This document shows, in pieces, positions 37,933 through 45,431 of a stretch of 52,890 nucleotides of DNA; the stretch's first letter is position 1; every line of letters begins with the position of its first letter. The stretch comes from a virus. Lineage: Duplodnaviria; Caudoviricetes. The notes beneath the pieces were generated by a model. That model had not been told where the DNA came from, made no database searches, and was given only the letters and a program-made list of their open reading frames with translations. Location of the stretch: the IMG/VR virus record IMGVR_UViG_3300033412_000021, positions 1-52,890 of that record; one strand, 5' to 3'. The translations under genes were made by a program, and so were the position numbers.

Positions 37933-38387
37933 TGACTGATCCCACGCAAATGATCGACGATCCGGAGGTTGTCGAGGCGCTCGAAGTGATCGCCAAGGAT
38001 GACCCGGATGGTTTGGTCCAGCCAGAGAAGGTGGTGGAGGCGGCAGCGGATCCGTTGTCTCCGCTACACAAATTCTTCGAATGGGACGATTCGGAAGCCG
38101 CACATCAGTGGCGGCTGGTCCAGGCCCGCAAGCTCGTGGTCCGGGTCGTGGTTCGAGATGCTAGCCACAAGCCCGCACGGATGAACGTGATCATTCAGCG
38201 GGCCGACGGCAGCAAGGGTCAGGGCTACATCCCGACCGAGCGAGCCGTGAACGACGAGGAGCTTTGCACTCAGCTGATGCACGACGCGAAGCGGGCGCTG
38301 ATCGCGTATCGAACGCGGCTTGCGCCTTTCGAGCGGGCCCAGGACGTCATCGCCAAGCTGGACGAGGCTCTAGAGCAACTTCCGTAA
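37932..38387 (+). CDS. Accessory protein of the array cassette, unknown function
   Basis: TAATG coupling to the RAMP-like gene; VVEAAADPLSPLHKFFEWDDSEAAHQWRLVQARKL. Confidence 0.8.
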   Translation: MTDPTQMIDDPEVVEALEVIAKDDPDGLVQPEKVVEAAADPLSPLHKFFEWDDSEAAHQWRLVQARKLVVRVVVRDASHKPARMNVIIQRADGSKGQGYIPTERAVNDEELCTQLMHDAKRALIAYRTRLAPFERAQDVIAKLDEALEQLP

Positions 38388-38390
38388 CGC

Positions 38391-38690
38391 GGCAGCCTTG
38401 GCTCGTCAGGGTTGGGCAAGGTTGACCAGGGCGAGCCGAGGCGTGGCAGGGCAGCCAAGGAAAGGATTGGCCAGGCTCGGCACTGCGGGGCTTGGCGCGG
38501 CGCGACTGGGCCAGGCATGGCGGTCACGGAGTGGCGCGATGCGGCGCGACTAGGCAAGGCCCGGCTGGGCCAGGCGTGGCAGCCATGGAGAGGGTTGGCG
38601 AGGCTGGGCGGGGCTCGGTATGCAATGGCAGTCTTGGCAAGGCGCGACTAGGCAGGGCAAGGCTTGGCTCGGCCAGGATTGGCCCGGCTG
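38391..38690 (+). repeat. GGY-NN pentamer array 2 (5 units)
   Basis: Separators at 38391, 38450, 38519 (GGCGGTC variant), 38578 and 38627; spacings 59, 69, 59 and 49. Confidence 0.9.
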
Positions 38691-38691
38691 G

Positions 38692-38723
38692 GAAGCCCCG
38701 GGGTCTTCGGACCCCGGGGTTTC
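38692..38723 (+). terminator. Intrinsic terminator closing the cassette
   Basis: GAAGCCCCGGGGTC-TTCG-GACCCCGGGGTTTC hairpin with cUUCGg loop. Confidence 0.8.
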
Positions 38724-38740
38724 GTATGTACGGTGGTCCC

Positions 38741-38962
38741 ATGGCCGAAGGCGACTGGCACGAGAACTCCGGCGGGCAACCGTTTCTGGAGACACTGCAC
38801 GGACCGAACGTAACTCGTTCATGTATCGATTGTGGGCACGTGTGTTACAGCGTCCCCGATTATCCTGATCCTCGGTGTGAGGAATGTTCTATCGCCCGGC
38901 GGGGGGCATTACGTCCAGTGGACCGGATGACCTTGCGAGTTAAGTTCCCTCGCGCTCGCTGA
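38741..38962 (+). CDS. Small zinc-ribbon protein
   Basis: CIDC...CEEC; leaderless TACGGT-N6-ATG. Confidence 0.55.
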   Translation: MAEGDWHENSGGQPFLETLHGPNVTRSCIDCGHVCYSVPDYPDPRCEECSIARRGALRPVDRMTLRVKFPRAR

Positions 38963-40501
38963 TCACCAACGGGTGTAGTCGAATCCGGCGCCAAGACCTT
39001 GGTCGAAACGGTCGAGGCTGTTGCGATCATAGGTGCGGGGGTCCAGGACCCGGACCTTGTTCTTTTCGCTGAGCATGTGGAACCGGCACGCGTGGACGAG
39101 CGCGTCCAAGCGGTCGGGGGATTCTTTGCCATCCCATTGGTTGAACTGGGTCAGTTGGTCTTCGAGCCGTTCGAACACGCCGACCATGTGCAGACGTTTC
39201 TGTTGGGAGCGCATGGCGACAGGTTCAGCTCGGGTCCTCTTGCCGAGCTTCGCGTCGACTCCCTCGAAGAAGGGTTCGGTGTCGGCGGGCATGAGTCCTT
39301 GCAGCTGCAACTCCCGGTAGGCGTCGTGGAACACGTCGCGCATCCACCGTTTCGCTCCGACGTCTTCGCAGACAACCCGGGAGGCGTTGTAGCGCAGGGC
39401 AACGAGCCACACGTGGACGGCTGCGCTGCGCCCGGCGGCTTGAATGGATTCGTCGGCGAGGACCCACAGGTCGTCGTCGCGGGTGCGGGCTACAACGATG
39501 ACACCCATCTCGTCGTGGGATTCGGCGGACGTGCGCCGAGGGTTGGCCAGGTTGCCCTGGTCGTCTACTTGGGCTGGGTCTACTCCGACCACAATGGATA
39601 CGATGTCGGCGTCGAGGGGCATGTGGTCCACGCGGGCGACGTCGAGGTCGGTCCGGGCGAACAGGGCGCCGTCTTCGTCTTCGAGGATTTCTCCGTACAG
39701 CTCTTGGCGGCCGATGCTGGTTCCGGCGTATCGGTTTTCGAGGGCTTGGAGGCTGTGGCTGTTGAGGTTGCTGGCGTTGTCGAAGGTGCTGCCTCGGATG
39801 ACGCGGATGGCGCCGGACTTTTTCGGGTCAGGGGATTGGACTTCTTGGAGCCAGCGGCGCAGGAGATGTGATCCCTTTTTCGGGGTGCTGGTGGCGAAGA
39901 CGCGGGGGTGGTCTCCGGGGATGTCGACGCGTAGGGCCGGGACGAGACCTTCGTCGTAGGTCGCCACAGCAGTTGGCCATTTGCAGATCTCGTCGCACCA
40001 GATGGAGACGAGGTTGTAGCCACGTCCGGCGTCTTCGTCGTCGGCTCCCTCGCACATGATCTTCGCGCCGGAGGAGAAGATGATCGTTGGCTTCGGCGAC
40101 TGCTTGTAGCGGTAGTCGATGTCACGCACAAGTCCGCGCCGGGTGAGGGCGTTGAGGACGCCGGAGTCACCTTCCATGCAGATGTTCTTGGCGTCGGCGA
40201 GGGTTTCGGCGACAACCAGGTGTTCGGTGGGGATGCCTGCGACGGATAGGGGATAAAGCAGGGGCCGTTCGGCTATCCATTCGGCTCCGGCTCGGGATTT
40301 GCCGAAGCCGCGACCGGCGAGGATGAGGAACAGGAACCAGTCTCCGGGCGGGGGTACCTGGGCTGGCCGGGACTCCCACCACCAGGCTCCTCGGATGATC
40401 TCTTCGAGCAGTTCGACGTCTTGCTCGGCCAGCCAGGCTTCCCGCTCGGCCTTGGTGCAGAGGGCGAAGCGTTCCCGCAGGCTCATATCCCTGGCGTCCA
40501 T
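38963..40501 (-). CDS. terL: Terminase large subunit
   Basis: Walker A AGRGFGKS, Walker B IWCDE, ATSTP, GRQELYGE, VGVDP, SPDRLDALV. Confidence 0.95.
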   Translation of the reverse strand: MDARDMSLRERFALCTKAEREAWLAEQDVELLEEIIRGAWWWESRPAQVPPPGDWFLFLILAGRGFGKSRAGAEWIAERPLLYPLSVAGIPTEHLVVAETLADAKNICMEGDSGVLNALTRRGLVRDIDYRYKQSPKPTIIFSSGAKIMCEGADDEDAGRGYNLVSIWCDEICKWPTAVATYDEGLVPALRVDIPGDHPRVFATSTPKKGSHLLRRWLQEVQSPDPKKSGAIRVIRGSTFDNASNLNSHSLQALENRYAGTSIGRQELYGEILEDEDGALFARTDLDVARVDHMPLDADIVSIVVGVDPAQVDDQGNLANPRRTSAESHDEMGVIVVARTRDDDLWVLADESIQAAGRSAAVHVWLVALRYNASRVVCEDVGAKRWMRDVFHDAYRELQLQGLMPADTEPFFEGVDAKLGKRTRAEPVAMRSQQKRLHMVGVFERLEDQLTQFNQWDGKESPDRLDALVHACRFHMLSEKNKVRVLDPRTYDRNSLDRFDQGLGAGFDYTRW

Positions 40502-40543
40502 ATGCCCGAATAGTACAGGTTAAGCCACGTTCTCCGGTAGTCC

Positions 40544-40573
40544 TTGCACCCCCGGACCGGGGTGTGCTACGTT
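40544..40573 (+). promoter_or_regulatory. Promoter for the tRNA/ncRNA cluster
   Basis: TTGCAC-N18-TACGTT with TG extended -10. Confidence 0.55.
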
Positions 40574-40695
40574 TCTGAGGCGCAAGTCGCGGCGAGGGTT
40601 CCGGAAGATTCGGTGAGCCGATTCATACGGGGGTATGGCCGGTCCCGGGTTGTAGACGCGCAGGCCCCTGTTCTCTTCTCAGGTACAGGGTCCAA

Positions 40696-40765
40696 GGCGC
40701 ACAGGTGTAATGGTGCACACGGGGTGCATAACCCCGAGGACTCCGTTCGAATCGGAGGCAAGCCA
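40696..40765 (+). pseudogene. Degenerate tRNA-like element (CAT anticodon)
   Basis: Anticodon arm CGGGG-TGCATAA-CCCCG and T arm CTCCG-TTCGAAT-CGGAG are intact; acceptor stem has 3 mismatches. Confidence 0.55.
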
Positions 40766-40828
40766 CTCCATATCGGGGGATGTGGGTGAAAGGCCCCTGG
40801 ATCTTTGGGTGGGGATCCAGGGGCGCAT

Positions 40829-40902
<74 letters not shown>

Positions 40903-41122
40903 CGAAGGATGCCGCCATGGTGTCCAGGGAGATCCTGGAACGGGCGTGTTTGGTGTGTTCGGCCTACATGAAACAGCGGCATTCTTGAATACCTCCCTGA
41001 CGGTCCCCGTCCGTGATCAGGGAGGACGTGGGAACCGAGGCGACGTCAACGAGGGAGCCTCCGTGAGGCCAGGTGGTATGGGTTTGACCTGGTGAACAAC
41101 TGCCCCGGAGAGATACTGGGGT

Positions 41123-41156
41123 GAACCCCGAGTCTTAGGACTCGGGGTTTCTTTTT
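41123..41156 (+). terminator. Intrinsic terminator
   Basis: AACCCCGAGTC-TTAG-GACTCGGGGTT followed by TCTTTTT. Confidence 0.8.
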
Positions 41157-41160
41157 ACAC

Positions 41161-41189
41161 TTGCGGTTACCGGGGGGCCGGGGTAATGT
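41161..41189 (+). promoter_or_regulatory. Second promoter of the tRNA/ncRNA cluster
   Basis: TTGCGG-N17-TAATGT directly after the terminator. Confidence 0.7.
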
Positions 41190-41255
41190 AGTTGGTAGCC
41201 GGGCCCCTGTCGAGGAATGTGCTGAGGGGCGTAGAGCCGATTGGGCCCGGTGTTC

Positions 41256-41348
41256 GCAGGGGTCTGTTTCTTGGTCACCCGAGAGTGCGCATACCGGTGA
41301 CTCGGTGCAGATGGCAGCTTCGACCGGTTCAAGCCCCGGTCCCCTGCT
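41256..41348 (+). ncRNA. tRNA-like RNA without canonical D or anticodon arms
   Basis: GCAGGGG/CCCCTGC acceptor-like stem; ACCGG-TTCAAGCC-CCGGT T-like arm; internal GTCACC/GGTGAC hairpin. Confidence 0.45.
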
Positions 41349-41479
41349 CGGTGAGGGTGTACAACTTCACAAGTCGGTCCCCCTATCCGGTTTGACTCCG
41401 GTCAGGTGAAACACCAGCGGATGGCCATCCAAGGTGAAGCGGGTTCGAGTCCCGGCGGACGCCCGGGGTCCGGCGTCTA

Positions 41480-41563
41480 GGGGAGGGAGACCCCCGGAAA
41501 CGGGACATCCGATAGGCAAACCGGTTAGTTACCGGGAGCTGGGTTCGAGTCCCGGCCTCTCCA
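41480..41563 (+). ncRNA. Atypical tRNA-like RNA (AGT anticodon-like loop, expanded D region)
   Basis: GGGGAGG/CCTCTCC-A acceptor; CTGGG-TTCGAGT-CCCGG T arm; CCGG-TTAGTTA-CCGG arm. Confidence 0.5.
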
Positions 41564-41761
41564 CGGTGTTCGCTGCTACCGCCCATGCACCAACCCCAAA
41601 AGCAGCAAGCAAGCAAGACAGGATCGGGGTCCAACACACTGCGGACTGGCAACGTCTGGGTGGCGTCCGCACCCAGAGCCCCGATCCTTAACGGCAGGAG
41701 CCTATGACCAGGGGTTCGACAGCCAGTTCCAGCACACTGGTCCTGCGAAAGTGCTGGGCAG

Positions 41762-41858
41762 GGGAAAGTAGCTCAAAGGGGAAAGCGACGCGTAGCAGAC
41801 CCCGTGGCAGAGCGGGACGGTAAGTCCGAGGTTGCTGGTTCAAGTCCAGTCTTTCCCA
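41762..41858 (+). ncRNA. Atypical tRNA with a D-loop insertion and a shrunken anticodon loop
   Basis: GGGAAAG/CTTTCCC-A acceptor; TAGCTC...TGGCAGAGC split by a GGGG...CCCC hairpin; GGAC-GGTAA-GTCC; GCTGG-TTCAAGT-CCAGT. Confidence 0.6.
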
Positions 41859-41949
41859 CAAGTGCATGGCTGAGGTACAGCGTCCGGGGCCGGGGCCTCC
41901 GCTATGCACCAGGGAGACGTTCTGTACCAAGAGGCGTCTCCCGGATCTA

Positions 41950-42021
41950 GGGCCGGTAGCTCAGGGGTAGAGCAGGGGATTCTTAATCCCTGTGCCGGGG
42001 GTTCGATACCCTCCCGGCCCA
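41950..42021 (+). tRNA. tRNA-Lys (CTT)
   Basis: GGGCCGG/CCGGCCC acceptor; anticodon loop TT-CTT-AA; GGTTCGATAC. Confidence 0.88.
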
Positions 42022-42169
42022 CAAACGCAGCCTCCCACCAGAGGATCGAGAAGACACCGGGTGGAGCAAGGGGCGGCGTCAGGGAGGTCCGTGTGCGCAC
42101 ACGGGCATGGGCGGCAGTCCGGAACGGTGGAAGATGACCCCGGGCGGTCATGCAGTCCCTCCCGGGCCT

Positions 42170-42243
42170 TGGCCTATAGCACAATTGGTAGTTGCAGCGG
42201 ATTGTTAATCCGCAGGTTCCTGGTTCGAGTCCAGGTAGGCCAG
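42170..42243 (+). tRNA. tRNA-Asn (GTT)
   Basis: TGGCCTA/TAGGCCA acceptor; GCGGA-TTGTTAA-TCCGC; discriminator G. Confidence 0.92.
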
Positions 42244-42256
42244 CGTAGGAGAAGAC

Positions 42257-42397
42257 ATGGAAGCTACACGAACGTCGAGGCGTCTCGATCCTGTCGACAA
42301 GGCAGCTCGGGACAAGATCGTGAAGCGGGTTCTGGGCCAGGACAGGCTGAACCCAGCGCCGCCGGTGGATGTGGCAGCGTTTAGCTCTTCAATCTGA
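42257..42397 (+). CDS. FxSxx-COOH (FxsA-like) short peptide, 46 aa, not in ORF track
   Basis: RBS AGGAG; MEATRTSRRLDPVDKAARDKIVKRVLGQDRLNPAPPVDVAAFSSSI-stop. Confidence 0.6.
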   Translation: MEATRTSRRLDPVDKAARDKIVKRVLGQDRLNPAPPVDVAAFSSSI

Positions 42398-42409
42398 AAA
42401 GGGGGGCAG

Positions 42410-42646
42410 GTGGTTCGACGGGTCCAGGAAGGTCCGTGCGAGGCTGGCGTCAGTATCGACTATTCGAGCCGACATCCGGTGGTGATCAGGTGTCACCAGC
42501 CTGGTGTCCTACGTTCTGATTTCAGGTGGTTCGGCGTGGTCCTGTGCGACGACTGCTACGAGATGATCAACCAGCCGGAGCTGATGGGCAAAGGAGGTGA
42601 ACAATGGCAGCGAAGCGACGCAAACCTGGAGACTGGCGCAGCGTAG
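42410..42646 (+). CDS. Small Cys-containing hypothetical protein
   Basis: GPCE...RCH...LCDDC. Confidence 0.4.
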   Translation: MVRRVQEGPCEAGVSIDYSSRHPVVIRCHQPGVLRSDFRWFGVVLCDDCYEMINQPELMGKGGEQWQRSDANLETGAA

Positions 42647-42760
42647 CGGCATCCCGCAACCAGATCCCCCGCCACGCCGAACGTGGCAAGGGACTGACCA
42701 ACATCCCCGGAATGAACGAGACTGGCAGTGCCGCATATCGGCGGCTAATGAAGAAGCACT

Positions 42761-42833
42761 GACCCCGTAGCTCAGCTGGTAGAGCAGGGGACTTTTAATC
42801 CCTTGGTCCTCGGTTCGAGTCCGAGTGGGGTCA
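42761..42833 (+). tRNA. tRNA-Lys (TTT)
   Basis: GACCCCG/TGGGGTC acceptor; anticodon loop CT-TTT-AA; GGTTCGAGTCC. Confidence 0.92.
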
Positions 42834-43005
42834 CGACAGGAGCGCATGCACCTGCCATTTGGGGGTAACAGGGGGAACGTTCACGCCTTGCCCTTCAAGG
42901 CAAAGGACAGCCATGACCCTGGTGTGTGGGGTAGCTGCACCTGCGTTCCCTCTGACCCCATAAGCTTCCGGCCGGGATCGTGGATGCTCAGCCTGGCCGG
43001 GAAAC

Positions 43006-43049
43006 GAAAGCCCCCAGTTACCTGCATGCGCTGGGGGCTTTCACCTTTT
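43006..43049. terminator. Probable bidirectional terminator
   Basis: GAAAGCCCCCAG/CTGGGGGCTTTC hairpin between convergent units. Confidence 0.65.
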
Positions 43050-43378
43050 CAGACGACGCGTACGTTGCCTGCTTCGAGGACGGGGATCTCGGGGTTGTCG
43101 GTCACGCGTACCCACATGCGGTAGGTCCCAGCGGGTAGGTCGATGACGGCTCCTGGCCCGGGGCCAACGAGGGCCCGAGCGAAGTAGCTTGTTCCTTTGG
43201 TTTCCCAGGATCCCAGCCTCCAGTCAGGGGCGGCAGGGTTCGTCCCCGGGGCTACGAAGGCCGCCTCCACCACGTCGCTGGTGGGGTTGTAGGGGTAGAC
43301 GCCGTTGACGGTAGCCGTCACCTGGCTCTTGAAGTACACAGTGGACAGAACACTCTTCGTGGCGCTCATCAGCAGCAA
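43049..43378 (-). CDS. Small beta-rich virion-associated protein
   Basis: LVGPGPG...LPAGTYRMWVRVTDNPEIPV. Confidence 0.6.
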   Translation of the reverse strand: MLLMSATKSVLSTVYFKSQVTATVNGVYPYNPTSDVVEAAFVAPGTNPAAPDWRLGSWETKGTSYFARALVGPGPGAVIDLPAGTYRMWVRVTDNPEIPVLEAGNVRVV

Positions 43379-43965
43379 TCCTCCTCGGGTTCCAAAGCTG
43401 CCCAGCCGGTGACAGGGCCACCGACGTACCAGTCGGTGACAGGTGAGCTGGCATACCAGCCGGTGATCGGTGACAGGGCGCAGAAGTCGGGCTGTGGTCC
43501 CGGCGGGGTCGGTGCAACGACGCCTTCGGCCCGGGTGAAAACGGTCGGGGGCCGTGTTGTCCTATGTGGATTAGGGCCAGGGAAGACGTATGGTCCCAGC
43601 GGCGGTGAGCCTGGTACGTTAGGGGTATCAGGCAGTCCCGTTATCACGATCGGCCGGGGCGCGAGAACCTTCGGGTTGCGTGGGTACACCACCAATGTCG
43701 GGCCAGGAACTGGCTCGGCGAGGCCCTGGCCGATCGTCGGACCCGTGATACGCAGCAGCGTCCGAGGAACTGGGGCTGCCACAACCACGATGGGGCCTGG
43801 AACGGGCTCGGCTGCGCCTTGGAGCACCCGTGGCTGGTACACCTGCTTGAACCGGCGGTCCACGGGCGTAGTGACAACCGTGATCTGCGGGACACCGGAC
43901 ACAGCAACGCCGGACCCGATCACAATGATCGCGTCAGCTGGCTGTCCTCTACCGAGTTGGGCCAC
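43369..43965 (-). CDS. Pro-rich repeat protein, possibly a virion fibre
   Basis: MAQLGRGQP start; repeated AEPVPGP and SPxTxW. Confidence 0.55.
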   Translation of the reverse strand: MAQLGRGQPADAIIVIGSGVAVSGVPQITVVTTPVDRRFKQVYQPRVLQGAAEPVPGPIVVVAAPVPRTLLRITGPTIGQGLAEPVPGPTLVVYPRNPKVLAPRPIVITGLPDTPNVPGSPPLGPYVFPGPNPHRTTRPPTVFTRAEGVVAPTPPGPQPDFCALSPITGWYASSPVTDWYVGGPVTGWAALEPEEDCC

Positions 43966-43968
43966 GGG

Positions 43969-44688
43969 TCACCACGTCGAGGCTCGGATGACGGCGGCGG
44001 GCGGCGACACGATGATCAGCTTCGGTGATTCGCCAGCTGCCGCAACAGGTGGAATGATGCCGACCCACGCGTTCATACGGTTACTGGATACGTTGGTCGC
44101 CTGCGGGGTCGTAGTTGCCGGGGTGGGCATCGTCAGGTCGGCGAAGGTGACGATCCGGTCGTTGGCATCCCACTGTTCGGTGTAGCCAGTCGGCGGCGTC
44201 CACGCTCCTCCGGCCCAGTTCGTTGCCACATAGAAGGCGTAGCAGTCGTTCTGGGCACTGGTTGACGAAACCGATGGGGCGGTGGAGACGTTGGTGTTGC
44301 CCGATGTGGCACCGCTGGGGGTGCCTTCCCAGACTGTCCCGGCGTTCTGGATCGCAGCCGACCGTCCCTCACAGAAGGGTGTCGGCGATCCGATGCCAGG
44401 GACGACGGTGAAGGTGTACGGACCGGCCCCGACGGCGGAGAAGGTGCCGTAGTACACGTTGAGACTGTGGGATGGGGATCCTGCTGCCGGGTCGTTGACT
44501 TGGGGGCTTCCAGTCGCCTGGAGGAAGCCGGTCGGCAGCGTCCCGGACACGCTGGTACGCCCGTCGTCTTGGAACCAGGCGCAGATGATGAGGTCGGCTG
44601 CAACGGCTCCGGCCGGGGCAGAGAAGCTCGGGGTGCCAGTCGACGACGCGAGGACCGTGCCCAGCGCCCGCAGGGACGGGGCGGCCAC
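43969..44688 (-). CDS. Beta-rich virion-associated protein
   Basis: Ser/Thr/Gly-rich; WTPPTGYTE. Confidence 0.6.
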   Translation of the reverse strand: MAAPSLRALGTVLASSTGTPSFSAPAGAVAADLIICAWFQDDGRTSVSGTLPTGFLQATGSPQVNDPAAGSPSHSLNVYYGTFSAVGAGPYTFTVVPGIGSPTPFCEGRSAAIQNAGTVWEGTPSGATSGNTNVSTAPSVSSTSAQNDCYAFYVATNWAGGAWTPPTGYTEQWDANDRIVTFADLTMPTPATTTPQATNVSSNRMNAWVGIIPPVAAAGESPKLIIVSPPAAVIRASTW

Positions 44689-44697
44689 CGGATCTCC

Positions 44698-45168
44698 TTA
44701 GCAGCGCTCGAAGTGCAGTGTTGCCCGCAGGTTGACGATGGCAGCGAATGTGCAGCGGATCACGAAACCAGCCGACACGGCGTTGTCAGGGCTGGTGCCC
44801 AGCGGGTAGTCGTAGATGACCAGGCCGCCGGTCGGGGTCAGCGGCCACGAGTCGATGACCGACAAGACGGTCGGCTCGGCGGTCCAGTTGTATGCGGCGG
44901 TGAAACCGGCGGTGATGCTGCGGCCGTAGTCCTGCTGGACGGTGGCCGAGGTCGAGTTGGTGCCCGGGGGGTTGGTCGCGAAGGTGGCTGCGCACAGCTC
45001 AACGAGACCAGGGACGGCGCCTGCGGTGATGCCCGTGAAGCCGATACGGAACTTGGTCAGGTCCACGCCGAACTGGGCGGGGGACAGGACTCCGATGACA
45101 CTCTTCGCAGTGGCCGCTGCCAGGGCCACATCAGCCTGCGTTGTCGCAGAGTATCCGGCCTTGGCCAT
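44698..45168 (-). CDS. Virion-associated protein
   Basis: RBS AAGGAG; VALAAATAKSV...WTAEPT. Confidence 0.6.
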   Translation of the reverse strand: MAKAGYSATTQADVALAAATAKSVIGVLSPAQFGVDLTKFRIGFTGITAGAVPGLVELCAATFATNPPGTNSTSATVQQDYGRSITAGFTAAYNWTAEPTVLSVIDSWPLTPTGGLVIYDYPLGTSPDNAVSAGFVIRCTFAAIVNLRATLHFERC

Positions 45169-45236
45169 GGGGGCGCTCCTTTGAAGGGTTGTGCGCCAAA
45201 GGTAACACGAGGTCCCGTTGGTCTCAAGTGTCCGCT

Positions 45237-45431
45237 TTAGCCGAACTCTCCAGCCTTGACGCCCGCGAGGAAAGCACCCCATTCGTCCTGGTCGAACCAC
45301 ACGATCTCTCCGGGCACTCTGCTGTTGCGCACAGCAACTAGCGCCTGCCCGTCAAGAGCTGTATCGACTTCGAGGAAAACCTCTACGCATTCGCCGCCCC
45401 CGCATGCGGTGCTACGGATCCACTCGATCAT
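45237..45431 (-). CDS. DUF397 (BldB-like) protein
   Basis: WIRSTACGGGECVEV...VAVRNSR...EWGAFLAGVKAGEF. Confidence 0.88.
   Translation of the reverse strand: MIEWIRSTACGGGECVEVFLEVDTALDGQALVAVRNSRVPGEIVWFDQDEWGAFLAGVKAGEFG

Noticed and set aside
36670-38690. Arrays read as a canonical CRISPR or a simple microsatellite
   Set aside because: There is no 23-47-nt constant repeat with contiguous spacers and no cas1/cas2; the diverse NNs and regular separators do not fit slippage repeats
36670-38690. Self-targets of the NN strings within this genome
   Set aside because: Spot checks by eye gave only partial resemblances (for example near 37454); this needs a computed search, so none is claimed
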